A stretch of 64,000 bases of DNA from Candidatus Omnitrophota bacterium (GTDB taxonomy: Bacteria > Omnitrophota > Gorgyraeia > Zapsychrales > Fredricksoniimonadaceae): assembly GCA_903901225.1 (NCBI GenBank), contig CAIUQE010000037.1, forward strand, positions 39,885 to 103,884, read 5' to 3'. How positions within the stretch are numbered: the first letter of the stretch is position 1; the number at the start of each line of letters is the position of its first letter. Position numbers and translations under genes: made by a program. Below, one piece after another: positions 49,427 to 58,360 of the stretch. Under the pieces are notes generated by a model. That model was not told the DNA's origin and ran no database searches. It saw nothing but the letters and a program-made list of their open reading frames with translations.

Positions 49427-51208
49427 TCAACGCAGGTTCAACGAACAAACCTTTCGCGTGTCGTCGTAAACATATTCATTCAAATAATGCGCGTAAACAT
49501 ACTGCCAGATCTTTTTCGTTTCTATCGAATCCGCGCGCGCCATCTCCTGATCGAAGGCCCATGCCGCAGCCGCATACTCCGAGAATTGCAATGAAAGACG
49601 GATCATATCCTCGCCATATTTATAATCTGAAGAACCTTGAACAGCATCGGCATAAGCATGCAAGGCCGCAGCAACATCCCCTTTTTGCTCGAAAATATGG
49701 CCCAGAAGAAACATACCCACGGGATATCTGTCGACCTTCATATATGTCCTTAGATACAACTCCGCGGACATGACGTCATTCTTTGCCAAATAGGCCTTCA
49801 CCATCCCGATCACCGGCGCGCTGGGAGTTTCATCCGTAAAAGGAGCCAAGGCAATAGCCATTTCATTGTACTTAATGCCATCATCATAGTTCCCGGCATT
49901 GACCGCTGCTTCGCCGGCAACCTCATAACCTTTATGGTCTTTGGGATACTTGGCGATCCAGGCCAACCCGATCGTCATATTATCTTTCCAAAGGCGTTCA
50001 TTATAAAAAGTCGCGCTAGCGCACAACCCGATCAGTAAAACCATCCCCCAACGCGCAAGGCCTTTAAAGGCAGGGGCATTGCCTTGATAAACCTTATCGT
50101 ATAGGACGCCCAAAAGGACCCATACCGCGATCCCCGGCATATACAGGTACCTCAAAGCAATCGGATTCCACGTCGGGATAAGGTTGGACACCGGCAGATA
50201 GGTCAACAAAAACCAGAGCCCCCAGAAAACGGGCCTGTCTTTTATAACAATGGCACGGATCACCCATATGAAATATCCCGCGCATAAAAAAAATAAAACC
50301 CAGAATTCGATCGTTACGGCGGATAAAAGCCGCGGCAGATACAAACCGGGAAAAGAAATAAGGTTCGCGGGCAAACAGAAAGCCCTTAAATTAATACCGA
50401 GTGCCGTTATGACCAACCCCGCATGCTTCAACAAGGACCACCCCCCCCAAACACCAAGGACTGTCTGGTTGGGAAAAATAATGACATAACAGTAAAGATA
50501 CAGCGCCATGACAGCGCCAAATAATAGGAACCAGACACTATCTGTCTTTGCGCGAAAATTACCCGGATACAACCGGTCGTAAAGAATGAACATCAACGGC
50601 AGGAACAAAGCTGTCTCTTTTGAGAAGATCGCCAGAAAAAAAACAGCAACTGCGCCGGCGGCCCAGAGACCAGCCCCCTGCCTGCGAAAAATACACCAGC
50701 ACCCCAATGAAAGGAGAGAAAAGAATACGACGAGAAGGTCCGCCCTGTAACCTATGGCCGCCACCGCCTCGGACTGGACCGGATGGGCTGAAAAAAGGAT
50801 GGCCGCGACAAAAGCCGCCTGTGGGGAAATAAAGAACTCACTCAACAGTAGGAAGATCAGGATCGTGTTCAACAAATGCAACAGAAGATTTGTGCCATGA
50901 AGCCCCCCGGCCTTATCTCCCCATAATTTAACATCCAGAAAATAGGTAAGGCTGAGCACCGGTCGATACGCGATAGAACCTGACCCTTTATTGGCAGATT
51001 CATGCTTGATCAATACCTCCGGGCGCGTCGTATAATCTTGCGAAAATAACATGCCGATATTTGAAAAGGAACGATAAAACGTATTATTGATGAAGATGAT
51101 CGCGTCATCTCCGGCAAAACCGTTGAGAACAACACTCCCGTGGAGGATCAGCGTCAACAGGACCAGAAGAAAAAGTTTTTTGGGATATAAGGAAATGCCG
51201 GAGGTCAT
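49427..51208 (-). CDS. TMTC-like polytopic membrane glycosyltransferase candidate (DUF1736-like core) with C-terminal TPR repeats
   Basis: 593 aa; N-terminal LNGFAGDDAIIF motif, about 11 TM helices, C-terminal TPR-like helical repeats. Confidence 0.5.
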   Translation of the reverse strand: MTSGISLYPKKLFLLVLLTLILHGSVVLNGFAGDDAIIFINNTFYRSFSNIGMLFSQDYTTRPEVLIKHESANKGSGSIAYRPVLSLTYFLDVKLWGDKAGGLHGTNLLLHLLNTILIFLLLSEFFISPQAAFVAAILFSAHPVQSEAVAAIGYRADLLVVFFSLLSLGCWCIFRRQGAGLWAAGAVAVFFLAIFSKETALFLPLMFILYDRLYPGNFRAKTDSVWFLLFGAVMALYLYCYVIIFPNQTVLGVWGGWSLLKHAGLVITALGINLRAFCLPANLISFPGLYLPRLLSAVTIEFWVLFFLCAGYFIWVIRAIVIKDRPVFWGLWFLLTYLPVSNLIPTWNPIALRYLYMPGIAVWVLLGVLYDKVYQGNAPAFKGLARWGMVLLIGLCASATFYNERLWKDNMTIGLAWIAKYPKDHKGYEVAGEAAVNAGNYDDGIKYNEMAIALAPFTDETPSAPVIGMVKAYLAKNDVMSAELYLRTYMKVDRYPVGMFLLGHIFEQKGDVAAALHAYADAVQGSSDYKYGEDMIRLSLQFSEYAAAAWAFDQEMARADSIETKKIWQYVYAHYLNEYVYDDTRKVCSLNLR

Positions 51209-51948
51209 AACAGACTGCTAAGGCGGGCAAAAGCCGAAACGGCTATCGCCGCCGTATCAACCTTCAGGACAGTATCACCCAAAGAGACGGGGACCGCGCC
51301 GGCATCAACCGCCATACGGATCTCTTTTGATGTGAAATCGCCTTCAGGCCCGATAAAAAAAGCCACTTCCCTGCATGCGCCAATGCCAGCCAAGGCTCTC
51401 GCGACAGGGATCCTCTCCCCTTCAAGCCATGGGATCAGTATCTTGACGTGCTGACGGATCAATAGATGCAGGGCCATGGAGAAAGACAGCGGCTCCGATA
51501 CGGCGGGAAAATGCAGGATCTTCGCCTGCTTCGCCGCGTTGATAACAACCCGCGCGAAACGGTCTGCTTTCTTTTCATTCCTGCGGAGGTCGGCAACAAC
51601 CTCGGTCCTCTCGGATAACAGCGGAATAATACGTGTCACGCCGAGCTCCGTGCATTTCTCTATAATAGACTCGAACTTAGCCCTTTTTGGAATAGCGCAG
51701 GCGATCGTTAAACGAAGCATGTCAACGGGAGGAACGACCTGGATGTCGCGGCAGGCAATAACAGCTGAAGTGACCCCCAGCTGGTCAACGACCCCCGTGG
51801 CCAGGGCACCCTTGCCATTGACCAGCTCCACTTCGTCGCCTTTTCTTAAACGCAATACCCTGGAAAGGTGTTGAAATTCATCAGGGTCATCCAGCAGGAT
51901 CTTCTGGTCATCATTCTCGAAAGAAGAAAAAAACCTTGGTGTGGCCAT
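51205..51948 (-). CDS. rsmE: 16S rRNA (uracil1498-N3)-methyltransferase
   Basis: N-terminal PUA-like then SPOUT domain (GPEGDFTSKE). Confidence 0.85.
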   Translation of the reverse strand: MATPRFFSSFENDDQKILLDDPDEFQHLSRVLRLRKGDEVELVNGKGALATGVVDQLGVTSAVIACRDIQVVPPVDMLRLTIACAIPKRAKFESIIEKCTELGVTRIIPLLSERTEVVADLRRNEKKADRFARVVINAAKQAKILHFPAVSEPLSFSMALHLLIRQHVKILIPWLEGERIPVARALAGIGACREVAFFIGPEGDFTSKEIRMAVDAGAVPVSLGDTVLKVDTAAIAVSAFARLSSLL

Positions 51949-51950
51949 GC

Positions 51951-52580
51951 CTAAAAACCTGCAGGGCTCTGCCGGAATTTCACGACTGTCTGGGGATTGG
52001 CCGCAGTGCCGCTGGTCAAAGCAGCTCCGGAGACCGCTGCCCCGGCGGAAGGATCTTTACGATTGACAAGGGTCATGTCAAAATAATAATCACCCGTAGT
52101 TGGGGCCGTAGTTGCCAGAGGACGGGGAATGATCGTCGAAGAGATCGTAAATTCATCACTGACCAGCGTTCCTGAAAATGTGCCTGTATTATCGCAGGTG
52201 CCGGCGGAAGTCCCTGTATCACAGGCATAAACATTCGTTCCAACAAGCGTAAAACAGTGCCAGTTATCATCGATATAAATATTGGGCGTATATGTCCCCG
52301 AGACCTCAACATCCCTGCGAAAACAGACTGTCTTATTGCTGACATCGATTGAGATCCCGGAATTCGAAGTCGTAAGGTCGCCATGAACGCGCTTGACGCT
52401 CTGACGAATATAATCCTCCAGGGCCCTGGTCATCAGATAGACCTGAATATCACCTGTCACCTGCTTGCCGGTGCTGCGCAGTCCATATTCCGCGGCAAGG
52501 ACGCCCCCCACGACCACCGATACAATAATGGTCGCTATGATCAGTTCCGTCAGCGTCAGCGCGCGTAAACTTTTTGACAT
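51951..52580 (-). CDS. prepilin-type (class III signal peptide) protein, minor pseudopilin candidate; Ala at -1
   Basis: MSKSLRA|LTLTELIIATIIV: positive leader, hydrophobic helix, Glu at +5. Confidence 0.5.
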   Translation of the reverse strand: MSKSLRALTLTELIIATIIVSVVVGGVLAAEYGLRSTGKQVTGDIQVYLMTRALEDYIRQSVKRVHGDLTTSNSGISIDVSNKTVCFRRDVEVSGTYTPNIYIDDNWHCFTLVGTNVYACDTGTSAGTCDNTGTFSGTLVSDEFTISSTIIPRPLATTAPTTGDYYFDMTLVNRKDPSAGAAVSGAALTSGTAANPQTVVKFRQSPAGF

Positions 52581-52589
52581 AAACGTATG

Positions 52590-52937
52590 CTACCAGGTTA
52601 CCGTAATGACTACTTTCCGGGCACCAACGGAATTGGTGACAACATAGGACGCTGAGCACCCTGAGAAATCGGTATCCGTCAACCCGGAGTGGGTACCGAT
52701 CGACAAATTCCCCGCAGCCCAGGCCTGGGCATTGACATCCTTGCTCAATCCATCAAGGATCTTCTTGGCCATCAGGGAAGCATTCAACCTCCCAACACTG
52801 GAACTCTCTGTCTGTTTTAATTTAGCGATGGAGCCAAAAGCAAGCATCGCGGAACCGGCAAAAATAACAGCCGCCACGACGACTTCAACAAGTGAATATG
52901 CTTTATTGGAATAATAATGCCGTCTGAACAGTATCAT
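52590..52937 (-). CDS. prepilin-type protein; Ala at -1
   Basis: Start moved to an internal Met: MILFRRHYYSNKA|YSLVEVVVAAVIFAG with Glu +5. Confidence 0.45.
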   Translation of the reverse strand: MILFRRHYYSNKAYSLVEVVVAAVIFAGSAMLAFGSIAKLKQTESSSVGRLNASLMAKKILDGLSKDVNAQAWAAGNLSIGTHSGLTDTDFSGCSASYVVTNSVGARKVVITVTW

Positions 52938-52941
52938 ATCG

Positions 52942-53346
52942 TTATGGACACGATGAATTCGAGGTTGCACATGACGGGTTGGTTGTCGAAAGGTCAGCAT
53001 TCAGATCGACCGTGATCACATAATCCGTACTTCCGGCAGTTGAAGTAGCATTGCAGGTATTAACAGCCGCGGTTCCGGATCCGCACTTATAAGTTGCCTG
53101 GTTTGCAACAATGTTCAGGCTTAATGCTGTGTTAATGTCGGTTATGGATGCTGATCCAGTAAGATTTGAACCTGTTCTTGCTTTATAGATTACATTCGCT
53201 GCGCTGATCATGGTCAGGCTTGTGATCGCATCACGTGCCCTTGACCGCCGGGAAGTTTTTCCATAATTTGGCAGAGCAAATCCCGCCAGGATGCCAATGA
53301 TGATAACCACCAACATGAGTTCAATAAGAGTGAATGAACGACGCAT
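52942..53346 (-). CDS. prepilin-type pilin; Ser at -1; C-terminal Cys-rich tail ending CP
   Basis: MRRS|FTLIELMLVVIIIGILAGFALP; paralog of the 54851-55234 gene (both end ...TVDLNA...NP.C...CP). Confidence 0.55.
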   Translation of the reverse strand: MRRSFTLIELMLVVIIIGILAGFALPNYGKTSRRSRARDAITSLTMISAANVIYKARTGSNLTGSASITDINTALSLNIVANQATYKCGSGTAAVNTCNATSTAGSTDYVITVDLNADLSTTNPSCATSNSSCP

Positions 53347-53354
53347 CGGACACC

Positions 53355-53753
53355 TCACGGGCAAGCCGTATTAGGACAAAGTTTCTTTAAGGATGCGGTA
53401 CATGACGGACAAGTATACGCGCCTGCAGTTGAAACATAAAGCGTATAAGCACCACCCGTTCTGGTTATTCCGATATTTCCGGCCACCGAACCGGTGTTAC
53501 AATCGGGAGCTGTGTAATTTTGAGGGGTAACATCGACATCCAAAGTAGTGCAGTCGGTGCTATACGCCCCATTATGCTCGAGAGAATAACGGGCTTCAGA
53601 TGCATGCAGTAATTGTGCGGCGCTAATGGCTTCGGCAAAAACCGCGCCCTCTCTCGAACCCGTTAAACGGGGAAGCGCAACGGCCGCCAAAATCCCTATA
53701 ATAATGATCACCACTATTATTTCAATTAAAGTAAAGGCTTTGTTTTCTGCCAT
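53355..53753 (-). CDS. prepilin-type pilin; Ala at -1; four C-terminal Cys
   Basis: MAENKA|FTLIEIIVVIIIIGILAAVALP; start chosen at the Met with better RBS spacing (alternative 53780). Confidence 0.55.
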   Translation of the reverse strand: MAENKAFTLIEIIVVIIIIGILAAVALPRLTGSREGAVFAEAISAAQLLHASEARYSLEHNGAYSTDCTTLDVDVTPQNYTAPDCNTGSVAGNIGITRTGGAYTLYVSTAGAYTCPSCTASLKKLCPNTACP

Positions 53754-53780
53754 CTGCGCCTTCTTTCTCTTTAAATACAT

Positions 53781-53817
53781 ATCCCCTTGGCCAAGAGCTT
53801 GACTCGGCCAAAGGGAT
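53781..53817 (-). terminator. hairpin (12-bp arms, 1 mismatch) just downstream of the major pilin gene; attenuator/terminator candidate
   Basis: ATCCCCTTGGCC...GGCCAAAGGGAT followed on the transcribed strand by AUGUAUUUAAAG. Confidence 0.35.
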
Positions 53818-53841
53818 ATATATGTCAACAAAGAACACTTC

Positions 53842-54010
53842 CTACTGCTTCAAATTGGCAAAAATGCCCCCTTTGAGCTTGTTAACTGATCCATTTGTAA
53901 CATTAATTGTAAAGGTGATAACGTCTGCTGTTGAACCACCAAGCGATGCGGTTCCTAACGCAGAAGTTGCGCTCGCGCCAGCTACATATGTGTACACAAA
54001 AGCACCCGAG
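53842..54010. repeat. near-identical direct repeat, copy 1 (3' end of pilin gene)
   Basis: About 150 bp about 95% identical to 54423-54590; the same spurious opposite-strand ORF translation appears in both copies. Confidence 0.7.
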
Positions 54011-54252
54011 GTCGGAAACTGGAAACCTGACAGTTGCGCCGTTGTATCGCACTTAGTTATATCTTCAGAAGCTGTATAACATTCCATAATTTTATGCATG
54101 AGCGAGCCAAGAATACCGTAGGCTTCGGCTGCTTTTGAAACACTGACCTGGTTAGAAAGCTTCGGCAAAGCCACGGCAGCGAGGACACCAATGATAATAA
54201 CAACGATGATTATTTCAATGAGCGTAAAACCTTTTTTATTCTTTTTAATCAT
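53842..54252 (-). CDS. type IV major pilin / pseudopilin candidate with canonical Gly at -1
   Basis: MIKKNKKG|FTLIEIIIVVIIIGVLAAVALP; own TATAAT promoter and strong RBS; 136 aa. Confidence 0.7.
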   Translation of the reverse strand: MIKKNKKGFTLIEIIIVVIIIGVLAAVALPKLSNQVSVSKAAEAYGILGSLMHKIMECYTASEDITKCDTTAQLSGFQFPTSGAFVYTYVAGASATSALGTASLGGSTADVITFTINVTNGSVNKLKGGIFANLKQ

Positions 54253-54272
54253 AACCTTCCCCCTTTTTGTAA

Positions 54273-54302
54273 ATTATAACGATAAAAAATAAAAATTACT
54301 AA
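54273..54302 (-). promoter_or_regulatory. promoter for the major pilin gene: perfect TATAAT -10, weak -35, AT-rich upstream region
   Basis: Minus strand TTAGTA-(17/18)-TATAAT, then a 13-nt leader with GGGGAAGG RBS and ATG at 54252. Confidence 0.45.
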
Positions 54303-54422
54303 AACAAAATTTCAACTATCAAAAGTATAACTTAGAAAAATATCGATATCAAGGACTTCTTGATAAATTATTGCCTTATTTTTTTCAAAGCTAAATCATC
54401 GCACATATAATTTTGAAAAGCA

Positions 54423-54590
54423 TTATTGCTTCAAATTAGAAAAAATGCCCCCTTTAAGCTTGTTAACTGATCCATTTGTAACATTAATTGTAAAGGTGAT
54501 AACGTCTGCTGTTGAACCACCAAGCGATGCGGTTCCTGTCGCAGAAGTTGCACTCGCGCCAGCAACATATGAATATACAAAGTTAGCTGA
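54423..54590. repeat. near-identical direct repeat, copy 2 (3' end of pilin paralog)
   Basis: See copy 1 at 53842-54010. Confidence 0.7.
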
Positions 54591-54833
54591 CGACGGAAAC
54601 GCGAAACTTGGCAGTTTAGCGACGGCATCGCACTGATTCATATTTTCAGCCATTGTATAACATTCCATGATTTTACGCATAAGCGTGCCTAAAATACTGT
54701 ACGCTTCCGCGGCTTTCGCGACACTGACCTGGTTGGCCAATTTCGGCAATGCCGTAGAAGCCAGGACACCAATGATAATGACCACAATGATAATTTCGAT
54801 AAGCGTGAAAGCTTTCGTTTTAAGTCGGGTCAT
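54423..54833 (-). CDS. type IV pilin paralog of 53842-54252; Ala at -1
   Basis: MTRLKTKA|FTLIEIIIVVIIIGVLASTALP; C-terminal 40 aa nearly identical to the neighbouring copy; start moved to an internal Met after GGAGGA. Confidence 0.65.
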   Translation of the reverse strand: MTRLKTKAFTLIEIIIVVIIIGVLASTALPKLANQVSVAKAAEAYSILGTLMRKIMECYTMAENMNQCDAVAKLPSFAFPSSANFVYSYVAGASATSATGTASLGGSTADVITFTINVTNGSVNKLKGGIFSNLKQ

Positions 54834-54850
54834 ATAGTCCTCCGTAAATC

Positions 54851-55234
54851 CTATGGGCAATAAGTTCCAGAACAAAGCGGATTAGATGCCGTAACACCCG
54901 CGTTTAAATCAACAGTTGTTGAAAAATCACCACTCACCGTTGCCGTACAAAGATGTGACCCGCAAGAATACGACAACCCGTTAGGGATAATATTTAACCC
55001 GAGCCCGGAATTTATACTGCTTATACTGGAAACAACACCAGACGGGGCAAAATTATACCCGTTCTTTGATTTATAGATCGCGTTCGCGCCGCAGACAAGA
55101 GAAAGATTAGCGATCGAATCGCTGGCTTTGGCTCTTTTTATTGTTTTTGAAAATCCCGGCATAAAGAAAGCCGCCATGATCCCAATGATCACAACAACCA
55201 GCAACAGCTCAACAAGTGAAAAAGCTTTACGCAT
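54851..55234 (-). CDS. prepilin-type pilin; Ala at -1; C-terminal CP motif
   Basis: MRKA|FSLVELLLVVVIIGIMAAFFMP; paralog of the 52942-53346 gene. Confidence 0.55.
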   Translation of the reverse strand: MRKAFSLVELLLVVVIIGIMAAFFMPGFSKTIKRAKASDSIANLSLVCGANAIYKSKNGYNFAPSGVVSSISSINSGLGLNIIPNGLSYSCGSHLCTATVSGDFSTTVDLNAGVTASNPLCSGTYCP

Positions 55235-55393
55235 CGCACACTTCACAGACATAGCCGCCAACCTCACGGGACAACTTTGTCAAATGTCCAAATAATCATG
55301 AAGATCTAAATGCCAACAATGATACGCACATGTCAGCATCTAGCCCCATTACAAATATAAACCATTATAATGATGTTAACAAGCCCGGAACGC

Positions 55394-56626
55394 CTACCCG
55401 GTGGCCAAGGTTAGAATGGGCATGAACATGGCCGTAACGATCACGCCGATGATAGAACCCATGAATACGAGCATGACCGGCTCAATGACAGAACCGAACG
55501 CTTTCATGAATGTTTCAATGTTCTTCTTATAATAAACGGCAACATGATTCAACATTTTTCCCAATTCACCTGTTTCTTCACCAACACGGATCATTTGAAC
55601 GGCCATGGGAGGAAAAAACCCGCTTTGTTCCATAGGCTCGGCCAGCAACCTCCCCTCACGGACGCCTTCCCGGATCCGCTTGATGACTTCGGCACAAATC
55701 AAATTATCCACCAGGCGTTCTGAGATTTCCAAGGCATAAAGGATCGGTACGCCGCTATCCACGAGGATCGCCATTTGAGAGGTGAATTTTTCAACCACAA
55801 TGAGTTTGATCGTTTTGCCGAACACGGGCAAGCGAAACAAAAAAGCCTCAAATTGCCGACGGCCAGGGCCGGCGCTAACATACCCCTTGAACATGAAGAC
55901 AGCCGCTGCGATCCCTCCGGCCAGAAGGATAAACTTTTCCTTGACGACCTTGAAGACAAACAAAAGCCATGTCGTGATGCCGGGTAACGTGGCATGCATG
56001 TCATTGAATATTTTCTCAAAGGTAGGGCCGATAAATATGGCAAAGAAAAGTATGGCCGCCGAACAAATAAAACAAAGGACCATGGGATAGACCATGGCAC
56101 CCAGAATCGCGGAACGGAACGCGGCCTCCTGTTCCATGTATAACGTCAATTGAAGGAGGACTTTAGGCATGGTTCCCGAAGCCTCTCCCACTTCCACAAG
56201 GCTGACCCAGAACGGCGAAAAAACTTTTGGATATTTGGACAAAGCACGGCTGAAGGACTGCCCCTGTTCGACATCACGAATAGCGGCATCAAGAACATTG
56301 GCGAGCTCACGACTCTCAACCTGTTGCGAGATAACCGTGAGCGATCGCAATAACGGGACACCCGCCTCGATCATGGTCGCCAATTGCCGCGCAAAAGATA
56401 CAATGTCCTCCAAAGAAACACCGCCGCGAGTGAACTTCCTTATGGATTCACCCTGAGAGATATCCGCTCTGACGGCAGGGGCAAGGTCAGATTGTTTTTT
56501 TACTCCGGTAACAAAAAGGCCCTTGGCCTGAACCTCTTGAACGGCGCGATCGCTCGCATCCGCTTCAACTACCTCGTTAAAGATACGTCCGGACATGTCT
56601 TTGGCTGTTACCAGGAATTTTGACAT
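55394..56626 (-). CDS. gspF: type II secretion / type IV pilus platform protein (GspF/PilC family)
   Basis: 410 aa; two T2SSF repeats each followed by TM helices. Confidence 0.85.
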   Translation of the reverse strand: MSKFLVTAKDMSGRIFNEVVEADASDRAVQEVQAKGLFVTGVKKQSDLAPAVRADISQGESIRKFTRGGVSLEDIVSFARQLATMIEAGVPLLRSLTVISQQVESRELANVLDAAIRDVEQGQSFSRALSKYPKVFSPFWVSLVEVGEASGTMPKVLLQLTLYMEQEAAFRSAILGAMVYPMVLCFICSAAILFFAIFIGPTFEKIFNDMHATLPGITTWLLFVFKVVKEKFILLAGGIAAAVFMFKGYVSAGPGRRQFEAFLFRLPVFGKTIKLIVVEKFTSQMAILVDSGVPILYALEISERLVDNLICAEVIKRIREGVREGRLLAEPMEQSGFFPPMAVQMIRVGEETGELGKMLNHVAVYYKKNIETFMKAFGSVIEPVMLVFMGSIIGVIVTAMFMPILTLATG

Positions 56627-56636
56627 AGAGTACTCC

Positions 56637-58355
56637 TTATCCGATCGTCACGCCAAGTATCTCATCCAGGCTTGTGACACCCTCTTCAACCTTCTTGATC
56701 CCTGTTTCAAAAAGAGTCGCCATCCCGGCCTGACGGGCAGCATCACGCAATTCCGAATAAGGGGCATTCTTGCCTATCAAACGCCTCATATTATCATCCA
56801 CTAACAGGACCTCGGCAACCACCAAACGGCCTTTATACCCCGTGTGAGAACATTTATCGCATCCCTTGGCCCGGTAGATCAGGTCAGTGGCAAGTTTTAC
56901 CTCTCCTAACTCATCGGGTTTTGGCTCATACGCTTCTTTGCAACTGGGACAAAGTTTCCGGCCAAGCCGCTGAGCGACGATCATGGTCAACGAGGGCGTC
57001 AAAAGATAAGAAGGAACGCCAATGTCCAGCAAACGTGAAATAGCGGATGGGGCGTCATTCGTATGCAGCGTGGAAAGCACAAAATGGCCCGTCAAAGCCG
57101 CGCGCGCGCATATCTGCGCGGTCTCAAGATCACGCACCTCCCCCACCATGATAATATCAGGGTCCTGACGCAAAAAAGAGCGTAACGCTTCGGCGAAGGT
57201 GAAACCAATATCCGGCCGAACATGAACCTGATTAACCCCATCGATACGAAATTCAACGGGGTCCTCCGCGGTCATGATATTTTTGGAAGGGGACATGACC
57301 TCGCCAAGACAGGAATACAATGTTGTTGACTTTCCGCTACCGGTGGGGCCAGTTACAAAAAACAAACCATAAGGGGTCTGTAAGGCCTTGCGGATAATAA
57401 CCAGCTGCTTGGCATCAAACCCCAGGATCGACAGGTCTAAGCGGATGGCATCTTTATCAAGAATACGCATAACGATCTTCTCACCCCACACCGTGGGAAG
57501 AGACGACACGCGAAGATCGACCGTGCGATTTTCAAGCTTCGCCGAGATACGGCCATCCTGAGGCAAGCGCCTTTCCGCGATATCAAGCTTAGCCAGGATC
57601 TTCACGCGAGAAACTATATGCTGATGAAGATGTTTGCCGGGAGGAGGGATCTGATAAAGCTCGCCATCAATACGATACCTGAGCTCGATCTTGTCTTTGA
57701 AGGGCTCAATGTGAATATCACTCGCACGCTCATCTATGGCCTGGCGAATAATGAGATCCACAAGTTTAATAACAGGCGCTTCTTCAGCCCTGGCGATAAG
57801 CCTGTCAAGGCTGAGTTCGGTTTCAGATACTTCATCACTGGAAATACTATCGTTGGATGAGGTTGATCGCGCCCGTTCAACCGCCTTTCCCCACATAGTC
57901 GCGTTGAGATCCTCTGCTGCAAGATAAAAATCTGAAATGGCCTTGATAAGGTCCGAACGGGTCGCGATGACAAAATTGATGTCACAATTTGTCATCTTCT
58001 TCAAATTGTCGATCATGATAAGATCAAAAGGATTAAAAATAGCACAGGTCAACGAGTTGATATTGCGGCTAAGCGGGAGGACCAAATGTTCTTTCGCGTA
58101 TTCATAAGGGACAAGCTTGCCAAGTCCCTGGTCTTTCTGTGGAACAAGAAGACCGGAAGCTTTCGAAGCATAAGGGATAAGGAGCTGCGTCCCCAGGGCA
58201 CTGGCCAAATCTTCTTCCTGAATAAGGCCTTTTTTTAATAACAATTCACCCAGATGCCCTTTTTCGGACTTCTGACTTTCAACGACATCCTGAAGCTGGG
58301 CCTCGGTAATAAGGCCCTGCTTGATCAAAATTTCGCCAAGCCTTAACCTTGCCAT
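56637..58355 (-). CDS. gspE: type II/IV secretion ATPase (GspE/PilB/MshE family) with N-terminal MshEN-type c-di-GMP-binding domain
   Basis: Walker A GPTGSGKSTT, Asp box, His box, tetra-Cys CPSC...CDKC; N-terminus has two copies of the RLGxx[LVI][LVI]xxG[LVI][LVI]x4[LVI]x3[LVI]xxQ motif. Confidence 0.9.
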   Translation of the reverse strand: MARLRLGEILIKQGLITEAQLQDVVESQKSEKGHLGELLLKKGLIQEEDLASALGTQLLIPYASKASGLLVPQKDQGLGKLVPYEYAKEHLVLPLSRNINSLTCAIFNPFDLIMIDNLKKMTNCDINFVIATRSDLIKAISDFYLAAEDLNATMWGKAVERARSTSSNDSISSDEVSETELSLDRLIARAEEAPVIKLVDLIIRQAIDERASDIHIEPFKDKIELRYRIDGELYQIPPPGKHLHQHIVSRVKILAKLDIAERRLPQDGRISAKLENRTVDLRVSSLPTVWGEKIVMRILDKDAIRLDLSILGFDAKQLVIIRKALQTPYGLFFVTGPTGSGKSTTLYSCLGEVMSPSKNIMTAEDPVEFRIDGVNQVHVRPDIGFTFAEALRSFLRQDPDIIMVGEVRDLETAQICARAALTGHFVLSTLHTNDAPSAISRLLDIGVPSYLLTPSLTMIVAQRLGRKLCPSCKEAYEPKPDELGEVKLATDLIYRAKGCDKCSHTGYKGRLVVAEVLLVDDNMRRLIGKNAPYSELRDAARQAGMATLFETGIKKVEEGVTSLDEILGVTIG

Positions 58356-58360
58356 AAGCC

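Noticed and set aside
55268-55393. Sigma54 (-24 GG / -12 GC) promoter search upstream of the pilin genes, plus a TATAAT on the plus strand at about 55345
   Set aside because: No GG-N10-GC element with correct spacing was found on the transcribed strand. The plus-strand TATAAT has no plus-strand gene downstream.
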